DNA of 12,663 bases from an uncultured Candidatus Rokubacteria bacterium (GTDB lineage: Bacteria > Methylomirabilota > Methylomirabilia > Rokubacteriales > DASRDR01): positions 1-12,663 of the forward strand of contig CAVPSB010000039.1 in NCBI GenBank assembly GCA_963708025.1, in the 5' to 3' direction. This document shows, one piece after another, positions 1 to 8,174 of this stretch; the stretch's first letter is position 1; each line of letters opens with the position of its first letter. The translations under genes and the position numbers were made by a program. The notes under the pieces were generated by a model that was not told the origin of the DNA, did no database searches, and saw only the letters and a program-made list of their open reading frames with translations.

Positions 1-14
1 GCGGGGTTTACAGG

Positions 15-47
15 GGGTGGGCCGGCGGCGAGCCTGGCAGTCCGCCC
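15..47. repeat. GC-rich imperfect hairpin (REP-like palindrome), possibly truncated by the window edge
   Basis: gggtgggc (15-22) can pair with gtccgccc (40-47) using G:U pairs around a GC-rich inner segment. It is preceded by ggggtttacaggggg. No convincing protein-coding frame covers it. Confidence 0.4.
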
Positions 48-92
48 GAGTAATGCCGTGTCGCGTTCAGCGTGAGGTGAGCCAGGAAGAGC

Positions 93-184
93 CTCCGAGC
101 GGCGGCCCAAAGGCCGAAGGCCGTCCAACAGCCGCCGCCACGACGGGGGGCGTGGGGGGGCTTCCAGACCCCCCCGAAGAAGCT
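93..184 (+). repeat. Dispersed intergenic double-hairpin repeat, copy 1
   Basis: ctccgagc, then gcggcggc/gccgccgc stem (99-106 with 131-138), then acgacggggggc, then G7-cttccaga-C7 hairpin (154-175), then gaagaagct. Co-linear with 2306-2378. Confidence 0.65.
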
Positions 185-187
185 AGC

Positions 188-914
188 ATGCTCTTGATGC
201 GACGCAGCGTGCCGGGCCGAATCATCGCGGGCATCGGGGCGGCCATTCGCGCGCCCGGGGACCTTCCTGGGCGTCGCGGCCCTCGTCGTCGTCCTCGATC
301 TCGTCCTGCCGCTCCTGGTCCTCTCGCTCACACGGAAGCCGATGGATTTCTTCACCGTCAACCCCTGGCTCAAGCGGCTGCCTGAGTTCCTGGCCTCGAC
401 CCAGGTCCCGCTCGCCCGCAAGCTCGAGTTCCTGCCGGGGTTGACCCTGCTCACGTTCGCCGCCTCCAGTCCCTACGGGGCCGAGTGGGGGTTCGAGGTC
501 AACGTGACCGACCTCGCCCGGTTCGCGCTGAGTGGCGGGCTGGTCGGCGCCTACTTCGCCCTCTGGCTCTACCGGCGCGACCGGCTGGCCGGCGCCGGCG
601 GAGGATCCCGGCTCGGCCGATCGGGCGGGGTGACGGGGACGCTCAGGTACCAGTCCTCGGACTCTCCACCGGGCCCTGCAGCGTGATGGGCTGTGGGGCG
701 CCGGTGATCCCGGTGGTCGGGCTGGCGTTCGTCGGGCTCTCGAGCGGCGCCCTCGCGCTGCTCGCCGTGGTCTCCCGGGTCGCGACCGCGCTCGTGCTCC
801 TGGCCCTGGCCGTCGGCGTCGCCTGGCTCGGGTGGCTGGTCGGCGGTCCCCCCCGACACCGGGGACCGCGCGACCAGAGACGTCGCCGCGCTCCGCGTGA
901 CCGCGCGCTCCTGA
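188..914 (+). CDS. Uncharacterised integral membrane protein with C-x4-C motif (frameshifted in this sequence)
   Basis: Stitched across frames: MLLMRRSVPGRIIAGIGAAIRAPG / TFLGVAALVVVLDLVLPLLVLSLTRKPMDFFTVNPWLKRLPEFL...LARFALSGGLVGAYFALWLYRR...GVTGTL / VLGLSTGPCSVMGCGAPVIPVVGLAFVGLSSGALALLAVVSRVATALVLLALAVGVAWLGWLVGG. About 4-5 hydrophobic segments. Shifts near 257-260, ~650 and probably the C7 run at 848-854. The stop is uncertain (TGA at 898-900 or 912-914). Confidence 0.7.
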
Positions 915-916
915 TA

Positions 917-943
917 TCGACGGGAGAGAGGCTCCTCCCTCGA
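917..943. terminator. Possible hairpin between convergent genes
   Basis: tcga-c-gggag (917-926) and ctccc-tcga (935-943) form an imperfect inverted repeat in the short gap between two converging stops. No U-tract. Confidence 0.3.
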
Positions 944-945
944 CG

Positions 946-1424
946 TCAGTGCATCTTCGCCGGCATGATCGACGGGCCCTTGTGGTCGGCCGGGAGAATT
1001 TCGAAGAGGACGTGGACCATGGGCGCGTCGGTCTTGTTTTGAGCGGTGTGAGTGACGTCGCCCGACTCGAAGAAGAAGTCGCCGGGGCCGTAGACCAGCG
1101 TCTTGTCGGGCAGGACGTAGGTCATGTAGCCGGAGGTGACCTGGCGGATGCCGGGGCCAGCGTGGTGATGCTCGCCCACGTAGCCGCCGGGCTCCAGGAC
1201 GAGCTCCGTGACCCTCAGCTTGTACTTGCCGTTGAGCTCGGTCAGGTATCCGGACAAGGCGCTCTCGAACTTGATCTTGGCGGTGAGACCTTTGGTGTCC
1301 ACCCTGACGGCGCTCCCGCCGGGCGTCTGGGCGGCGGCCGGGCGGGTGCGCCGACCAGGGCCAGAAGGGGAAGTGCCCCGAGAGCCTGGAGAAGATCGCG
1401 CCGGGTGGTGTCCACGTTTGCCAT
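946..1424 (-). CDS. Cupin-domain protein with twin-arginine (Tat) signal peptide (one frameshift near 1345)
   Basis: ATG at 1424 with SD-like AGGGAGGA (complement of 1431-1438). N-terminus MANVDTTRRDLLQALGALPLLALVG...AAAQ has TRRxLL, a hydrophobic stretch and an AxA site. Cupin motifs LEPGGYVGEHHHAGPGIRQVTSG and PGDFFFESGDVTHTAQN. TGA at 946-948. Confidence 0.85.
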
Positions 1425-1500
1425 GGTCGCTCCTCCCTGTTCGAGCGGGTCCGATGCCTTGGTGACCCACCCGGAGCGTGAGCACACGGCTCGGGGCGGG

Positions 1501-1521
1501 CCAGTACAATTAGCGAACCGG
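1501..1521. promoter_or_regulatory. Candidate HxlR operator (imperfect palindrome) overlapping a -10-like TACAAT
   Basis: ccAGTACAattagCGAACCgg is an AT-richer island with dyad symmetry CC(A/G)GT(A/T)C(A/G)-N5-(C/T)G(A/T)AC(C/T)GG. It lies in the divergent cupin/regulator gap. TACAAT is at 1505-1510. Confidence 0.5.
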
Positions 1522-1548
1522 GCGTCCGCGCGGGCTCGAGGTGCCGCC

Positions 1549-2267
1549 ATGTACCTGTACGGCCAGTACTGTCCCGTCGCCCGAGCCTCGGAGATCCTCG
1601 CCGATCGCTGGACGCCGCTCATCGTCCGCGAGTTGCTCGCCGGGCATCCGTCGTTTCAACGATCTGGACCGCGGACTCCCGGGCATCTCGCGTGCCCTCC
1701 TGGTCGAGCGACTCCGTCGACTGGAGCGGACGCGCATCGTCGAGCGACGCGCGGACCGCGACGGCCGCGGGGTCGAGTACCACCTGACCCCCGCCGGCCG
1801 TCAGCTGCAGCGGGTCATCGACGTCCTCGGCGGCTGGGGGGCGCGCTGGGCGTTCGGCGATCCACGACCGCATCGAGCTGGATCCGGTCGTGCTCCTCTG
1901 GTGGATGAGACGGCGGGTTCACCGGCATCGCCTGCCCGCGCGCCGCATGGTGATCCAGTTCGACTTCCGCGGCGAGCGGACCGGCAGCTACTGGCTCGTC
2001 CTGGAGCGTACCGACGTGTCGGTCTGTCTCCAGCACCCGGGGTTCGACATCGATCTCCGGGTGACCGCGGACATCGATGCCTTCTACCGGGTGTGGCTCG
2101 GTCGGATCACGCTGGACGAGGCGCATGCGCCGGGCCGGGTGCGCCTCGATGGGATGCCGGCCGTCATCCGCGCCTTCCCGCACTGGTTCGCCTGGAGCCC
2201 GATGGCGGATGCGGTCCGCGCGGCCCTCGCCACGCGCTCGACGGTCGCGGCGGCCGCGTCGGGGTGA
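1549..2267 (+). CDS. HxlR-family winged helix-turn-helix transcriptional regulator with C-terminal SCP2-like domain (two frameshifts)
   Basis: Stitched: MYLYGQYCPVARASEILADRWTPLIVRELLAG / IRRFNDLDRGLPGISRALLVERLRRLE...VEYHLTPAGRQLQRVIDVLGGWGARW (classic HxlR signature) / ELDPVVLLWWMRRRV...VIQFDF...YWLVLERTDVSVCLQHPGFDIDLRVTAD...F..VWLG. Shifts near 1643 and 1870. TGA at 2265-2267. Confidence 0.9.
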
Positions 2268-2305
2268 GCAGGCCATCTGCCGCTCCGTTTCGCGACCACT
2301 GCCCA

Positions 2306-2378
2306 CTCCGAGCCGCGGCTTCGCCGCCGCCACCGACGGGGGGGCATCGGGGGGGTCTTCCGATACCCCCCGATAGCT
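2306..2378 (+). repeat. Dispersed intergenic double-hairpin repeat, copy 2 (could double as a bidirectional terminator)
   Basis: ctccgagc, then gcggc-ttc-gccgc hairpin, then caccgacgggggggc, then atc-G7-t-cttccgat-a-C6-gat hairpin (2346-2374), then agct. It lies between the convergent regulator and livF stops. Confidence 0.65.
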
Positions 2379-2379
2379 C

Positions 2380-3105
2380 CTAGCCGCGGAGGGTCTTCAT
2401 CACCTCCGCGTTGTCGAGGGCGCTGCCGGGGCTTCCCTCGAAGATGATCTCGCCTCGGTCGATCGCGTAGAGCCGGTCCGCGACCCGCGCGGCGTTCGCA
2501 GGTTGGACTCGGCGATCAGGAGCGAGATGCCCATCGCCTTGATGCTCTTGACGGCCTCGATGAACCGGCTCACCACGACCGGCGCCAGCCCCTCGAAGGG
2601 CTCGTCGAGGAGCAGGATGGACGGCGAGAGCGTCATCGCCCGGGCGATCGCCACCATCTTCTTCTGGCCGCCGCAGAGGTGCAGCCCTCGCCGGTCCAGG
2701 AAGCTCCGGACCTCCGGAAAGACGGCGAAGACCCGCTCGTCAGGCGTCTCTCGGCGGCCGGCCGGCGCCCGCTGGCGCCGGCCGGCCAGCCACCGGCTGA
2801 TCTGGAAGTTTTCCGCCACGGTGAGGTCGGGGAAGATGCCGGCGTCCTCGGGGGCGTACCCGATGCCCGAGCCGGGCCCGCTCGTGGGCCGGCAGCCGGG
2901 TGATGTCGCGGGCCGTCGAGGGTGATCGCGGCCCGCGCGCGGCGGCAGCAGCCCCATGATGGTGTCGATGGTCGTCGTCTTGCCCGCGCCGTTGCGGCCG
3001 ACCAGGCACACCGCCTCGGCGTCGCGGACGCCAGCGACACGCCGCGGAGGATGTGGGCCGGCCCCCGGTAGGTGTTGATCCGTCGATCTCGAGCTGCGGG
3101 CGAGC
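2380..3105 (-). CDS. livF: Branched-chain amino acid (LIV/HAAT)-type ABC transporter ATP-binding protein, LivF-like (frameshifted)
   Basis: INTYRGPAHILRGVSL / AVCLVGRNGAGKTTTIDTIMGLLP (Walker A) / GIGYAPEDAGIFPDLTVAENF / L(C)GGQKKMVAIARAMTLSPSILLLDEPFEGLAPVVV (signature and Walker B) / ...NAEVMKTLRG* with TAG at 2380-2382. The start is approximate. Confidence 0.88.
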
Positions 3106-3878
3106 GGGTCGCCTCGGCTCCGGCCAGGAGCGTCCCGATCAGGGTCGGCGTCACCTGCTCGTTGACCGGCGGATCTGCGTCGGGCGTGCCGTCGGCCAGG
3201 ATCGTGCCCTCGTGCATCACGACGATCCGGTCGGAGTACTTGAAGACCACGTCCATGTCGTGCTCGATGATGACGGCGGTGATCGCCCGGAGCGCACGAT
3301 GGCGGTGATGATGTCCATGATCGGGGCCTTCTCCCGGGTGCTGACCCCGCTGGTCGGCTCGTCCAGGAAGAGGAGCTTGGGCCGGAGCGCGTAGGCCACC
3401 GCCACGTCCAGCAGCTTGCGCTCCCCCTGGGAGAGCCCCCCCGCCGCCACCCGGGCCCTTGCCGTCGAGGCCGAACTCCCGCAGGACCTCCATCGCCTCC
3501 TCGCCGCACGGCGGCGTCGTGGTCGGCCAGGGCGAACAGGCGCCGGGTCTTGCCCTCCCGGGAGAAGATGGACAGCGCGACGTTGTCCAGCGTGGTGAGC
3601 TGGTCGAACAGGTTGACGAGCTGGAAGCTGCGGCGCGATTCCCGCCGCGATCCGCTCGTGGACCGACTGGCGGTGACGTCGGTGCCCTGGAAGACGATGT
3701 GGCCCCCGTCGGGGCGGAGCAGGCCGCTGATCAGGTTCACCAGCGTCGTCTTCCCGGCGCCGTTGGAGCCGATGAGCGCCAGCAACTCGCCCTGCTCGAC
3801 CGGGAAGTCCACGCCGGTCGACGGCGTCGCATGTCGCCGAAGTACTTCGTCAGGTTCTTGGTCTCGAGCAGCGCGCAC
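3106..3878 (-). CDS. livG: LIV/HAAT-type ABC transporter ATP-binding protein, LivG-like (frameshifted)
   Basis: LLETKNLTKYFG / GELLALIGSNGAGKTTLVNLISGLLRPDGG / RSFQLVNLFDQLTTLDNV / LSQGERKLLDVAVAYALRPKLLFLDEPTSGVS / IIEHDMDVVFKYSDRIVVMHEGTILADGTP. GTG start at 3878, immediately after the livM stop. The 3' end is approximate. Confidence 0.88.
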
Positions 3879-3880
3879 GC

Positions 3881-4873
3881 TCAGGTCGTCCGCCGCCGCC
3901 TGAGGAGAGCCGGCTGGCGGTGCCGACGATGCCGGTCGGCAGCGCCAGCACCAGGACCACCAGCACGACCCCCAGCACCATCTGCCAGTACACGGTGTGG
4001 CCGACCGCGTAGGTCTCCAGGTAGTTGTAGACGATGGCGCCGACGATCGGTCCCGCGAAGGTCTGGAAGCCGCCCAGCACGGTGAAGAAGACGATCTTGC
4101 CGGAGAAGGTCCAGTGCAGGATGTCCGGGGTGGTCAGCCCGTTGAGCGGCACCCACAGGACGCCGGCCAGCCCGGTGTAGACCCCCGAGACCAGGAAGGC
4201 CACCCAGCGGTAGCGCCGGACCTGGACCCCCACGAACTCCGCCCGGGTCTCGTTGTCGCGGATGGCCTGGAGCGCCTTGCCGAACGGCGAGTGCACGATC
4301 ACCCACATCACGCACGACGCACACGGCGAAGAGGACCAGGACGTAGTAGTAGTAGCGGTGGGCCAGGAAGTCAGCTTGTCCTCGGTCTTGCCGAAGGCGC
4401 GTGGACGAGCACCGCCGAGCAGCGTCGGCGTCGGCACCCGCAGCCCGTCGGTGCCGCCGGTCACCCAGAAGAACTTGAAGGCCAGGCTCCACAGCACCTG
4501 GGACAGGGCCAGGGTCAGGATGCCGAAGAAGATCCGGGTGTAGCGGACGCAGACGAAGCCGAAGAGGGCGGCCAGCCCGGCCGAGGCCACCACGCCGCCG
4601 GCGAGGAAGACCTCCATCGACGTGACGCTTCAGGTACTTCACGATGAACGCCACGGCGTAGGCCCCCATCGCCGAAGTAGGCCGAGTGGCCGAACGACAG
4701 GAGGCCGGTGTAGCCGAGGAGCAGGTTGAAGCCGAGCGCGGCGATCGCGAGGATCAGCCCGTAGGAGAGGCAGCACCGTCTGGTAGGGCGGGATCACGAA
4801 GGAGGAGCCGAGCAGGACGAGGAGGATCGCGCCTCGCCCAGAGGACAGGCCGGCGGGCGAGGGCGTCGGCCAT
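3881..4873 (-). CDS. livM: LIV/HAAT-type ABC transporter permease, LivM-like (frameshifted)
   Basis: LILAIAALGFNLLLGYTGLLSFGHSAYF, IFFGILTLALSQV, VTGGTDGL, SPFGKALQAIRDNETRAEFVGV, FLVSGVYTGLAGVL, VLGGFQTFAGPIVGA, LPTGIVG. ATG at 4873, TGA at 3881-3883. Confidence 0.88.
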
Positions 4874-4881
4874 GCGGCGGT

Positions 4882-5779
4882 TCACGGCGCGCCCGAGGAG
4901 GCCGGCCGGCCGGACTCAGGAGCACGACGGCCGCCATCAGGTAGAGCACGGCCAGCTCGATCTCCGGGAAGAAGGCGATGCCCAGCTCCCGCACGATCCC
5001 CACCATGAGGGCGCCGAGCAGCGCGCCCTCCAGGCTCCCGAGCCCGCCGATGACCACGACGACGAAGGCCAGGATGAGGGCGTCCACGCCCATGCCCAGC
5101 ACGGCGCCCTGCTGGGGCACGATGATGGCCCCGCCCAGCCCGGCCATGAAGCAGCCCAGCGTGAAGGCCTGGACGTAGACCCGGTTGACGTTGACGCCCA
5201 GGGCCGAGGCCATCCGCATGTTCTGGGAGGTCGCCCGCAGGATGACGCCGAACTTGGTCCTGTAGACGAACGCCCACAGGACCGCCGCGGCCAGCGCCGC
5301 CCGACGACGATGACGATGAGGTTGTAGGTCGGGTAGATGGACTCGCCGATCGAGAGGCTGCCCGGCGGCCTCGTAGAGCGCGCTGGCCGAGAGCGGGTCG
5401 GTCCCCAGATGAGGCGCATCAGGTCGTCGAGGATCAGGAGGAGGCCGAAGGTGATCAGGAGCTGGTACTCCTCCGCGCGCTTGTAGAGCGGCCGGAGGAG
5501 CGTCGGCTCGAGGACGGCGCCGAGCGCGGCGGCGGCGACGGCGCCGACCGGGAGGAGGAGGTAGAGCAGGGGCTCGGCGTCACGCTCGCGGCGTAGCTCC
5601 CGCCGAGGCGCCCGGCCCACCGCCCACGCGGTCACGTAGGCGCCGAAGGCGTAGAGGTTGCCGTGGGCCAGGTTGACGATCCGCATGACGCCGTAGATCA
5701 GGCTCAGCCCGCCGGCGATGAGGAAGAGGACGGAGGCGTAGAGCAGCGAGTTGAGGAGGTGGATGAGCAGGGTGTCCAT
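4882..5779 (-). CDS. livH: LIV/HAAT-type ABC transporter permease, LivH-like (frameshifted)
   Basis: MDTLLIHLLNSLLYASVLFLIAGGLSLIYGVMRIVNLAHGNLYAFGAY, QLLITFGL, TKFGVILRATSQNMRMASALGVNV, AFVVVVIGGLGSLEGALLG, RPAGLLG. ATG at 5779, TGA at 4882-4884. Confidence 0.9.
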
Positions 5780-5782
5780 CGG

Positions 5783-8105
5783 TCGTACGGCGACGTCCAT
5801 GGCGGGAGCAGGCGGGATCTCGGGCGGTGCGTGGTCTGTCGCCCGTCCACGACCAGCGTGACCGGCCGACCGTGTAGTCCCGGCCGGGCGTGGCGAGCCC
5901 GCGGAGGTCGCCGCCGACAGGCGCCGGCCGGCCGAGGTAGGCGGGCCAGCGCCGGTGCCGGCGGCGACGCGGCCGTCGGGCGCCGACCACCACGTAGCGG
6001 CACTCGGGAAGGTCCGGCGCTGTCGAGGTCGGCGGTGCGCAGCGGCTCCCGCGCGATCGCGTACGTCGCGCTGGAACTTCCGCACCACCTCGACGTCGGC
6101 GTGGACCTCCAGCCGCTCGCCGCGGCCCGCGGCTCGACGCCGGGTACGCGCGGCGGGGGATGCGCGTAGCGGTCGTAGGAGCCGACGCCCAGCGGGTAGG
6201 TGAGGTCGCGGAAGACCTCGAGCGACGACGACGTCGCTCCGACCAGCTTTCAGGCGGTACGGGCCGTTGGTGACGAGGAGGTGTCCGTGCTGCCCGGTAG
6301 AACTCCCGGAGCGCGGTCCAGCGCTCGCGCGGCCTCGTCCGGGCCGTGACCAGGAGCGCCGAGGGCGGCCGGGATCGTAGCCGCCTGGCGCCGAGCTCGT
6401 CGACCAGCGGGCGCGCAGGCGTGCCCGAGCGTGCCCGGGTCGCGGACCAGGTCCAGCCAGGGGACGCCGCCGCCGTGCGGCCTCGGCGGCCGAGAAGGCC
6501 CCGAGGCCGCGCCGGACCGCCTCCTCGGCGAGGACCAGGACGGTCCAGGGCACCGGGCTCCAGGGCGGGGTGACCGAGGCCGCCTGCTGCGGGTCGCCGG
6601 CCAGGCGGTGGCGGCTGTAGACCTCGATCGTCTGGACGACCGAGGTGAACCTCACCTCGCCGAACTCCCGCTCGGTCGCGTCCGACGCGGAGGACCCGGA
6701 GCCCCGGCCAGCCAGTCGCGGAGGCGCGCGGTGGCGGCCTCGACGGCGGGATCGTGCTCGCGCCGGGCGCACGGCCGCGCCCCAGCGGTAGGCGAAGCCG
6801 AGGGCGTAGAGCGTGTCGGCCACCGTCATCCGGGTCCCGTCGTGGAAGGCGGAGGTCGAGCACCCGGTAGACGATCCGGCTCCGCGGCGGTGCGCCGCCC
6901 TCGCCGACCGGGCCGCCAGACCCCCGTGCCCGGCTCGGGCAGCAGCGCGTCCTTCGGCACGGCGAGGCCGCCCTCGAGGCCGCGGTCATCCGACGCCACG
7001 GTCACCCGGTTGCCGATCCAGCTCGCGCTCCCGGGCGCCGGGAAGAGCGCCGGGATCGCCGAGCGCGGCCCAGACCAGGCGGCCGGCGGGATCGGTGAAG
7101 CCGCCGACCGGGTTCCAGGCGGCCCTGGCCCGGGCCGGCGATCCCGAGCCGCAGCCAGCCGTTCCAGGGGAAGTCCTTGAGCTTCACCGTCCGCACGAAG
7201 ATCGGCGAGTCGAGGCCGGTCCTGGGCGTCGGCGGCCGACGTTCTCGATGCCGGTCGGAGAACTCCGGCGTTGTATACCTCGCGGCGCGTGCGTGTAGCC
7301 GACCACGACCCGCTCGCAGCCCTCGAGGAGCCGGCGCACGAGCGCGCGCTCGAGGTCGAGGCGCTCGACGGCGCCGGGGGAGTCCGCCGTCGGTCAGCCG
7401 CTCGCAGCAGGTCGCCGGCGTCCTGCGCGCCGCGCGGGGTCGGCGAGACGTCGGCGGCGAGGAGCGGTACGCGTGGAACCAGCCCGCCTTGATCCACGGC
7501 GGCCAGCCGCCGTCGGACCGGGGCGCGAGCAGGTCGCCGAGCGTCGACCGTCTCCAGGGTCGCGTCCCAGTCGGCCGGCCGACGCCGGCACCCGGCGCGG
7601 CCACGAGCCGCTCGGCCATCGCCCCCACCGGCGCGCACGCGCGAGGGGCGCGGGCCCACCGGCCGGTCGCGGTCGCGGGCCCGGGCGACCTCGACGAGGT
7701 CGGCGTGGTGGAGGTAGTCGGCGTGGTAGGGGGTCACCGGGTAGGGGTGAAAGACGTAGCCCGGCACGTCGGTGGCCAGCGCCGGCAGCAGCGCGCGGGC
7801 CGGCGCGCAGCGGGCCGCCGCGTCCCGCCACGGCGGCCCCGGCCGGTGTCGAAGCGTCAGGACCACGTACGCCGGCGAGGGACTCGATCGTCTTGACGTG
7901 GCCGGGACGGCGCCCCGGCGAACGGGTCGGCGCCCACGTAGGCGTGGAGGTGGTTCTTCTCGAGAAGCTCCGCCCGGGCGCCGTGGGTCTCGATGCGGAT
8001 CTCCTGCGGGTAGAACGACGGGTAGAAGGAGAGCTCGTGGCCGGCGCCGGCCGGCATCGCCGCCAGGACGCCGGCGCCGAGGAGCGTGGCGAGGAAGCGC
8101 TTCAA
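5783..8105 (-). CDS. Large (~770 aa) exported protein of unknown function with family-5 solute-binding-protein-like motifs (heavily frameshifted)
   Basis: TTG start with signal peptide MKRFLATLLGAGVLAAMPAGA, then GHELSFYPSFYPQEIRIE. Protein-like blocks in changing frames: GYVFHPYPVTPYHADYLHHADL, PPWIKAGWFHAY, LDSPIFVRTVKLKDFPWNGWLRLG, WNPVGGFTD, FHDGTRMTVADTLY, PPWSPVPWTVLVLAEEAVRRG, HGHLLVTNGPYRL, FRDLTYPLGVGSYD, PECRYVVV. The 3' end is approximate. Confidence 0.7.
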
Positions 8106-8117
8106 GGTGGCGACGCG

Positions 8118-8153
8118 ACGGCGGGTCCGCGCCAGGCCGGCCGGACCCGCCGT
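8118..8153 (-). terminator. Intercistronic stem-loop downstream of the substrate-binding protein gene (mRNA stabiliser or partial terminator)
   Basis: Perfect 12-bp inverted repeat acggcgggtccg (8118-8129) / cggacccgccgt (8142-8153) with a 12-nt loop. No U-tract on either side. Confidence 0.7.
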
Positions 8154-8174
8154 GCGCGAGCAGAGGAACCCGGC

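Noticed and set aside
1490-1504. Partial inverted similarity (ctcggggcgggccag) to the element at 34-50
   Set aside because: The match is short, gapped and almost all G/C, so it is expected by chance at this composition.
2400-3878. Apparent LivG-LivF fused double ATPase (492 aa)
   Set aside because: The ORF drifts in and out of the true frames. The junction near 3105 is too error-ridden to support a fusion, and separate genes are the norm.
4343-4354. (GTA)4 microsatellite
   Set aside because: It encodes YYYY in frame in LivM. A triplet unit would not cause phase variation.
4937-6829. Apparent 630-aa fusion of the unknown protein to LivH
   Set aside because: The ORF alternates between protein-like and Arg/Pro/Ala-rich off-frame segments, so the continuity is an artefact of indels. 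LivH has its own typical N-terminus at 5779.
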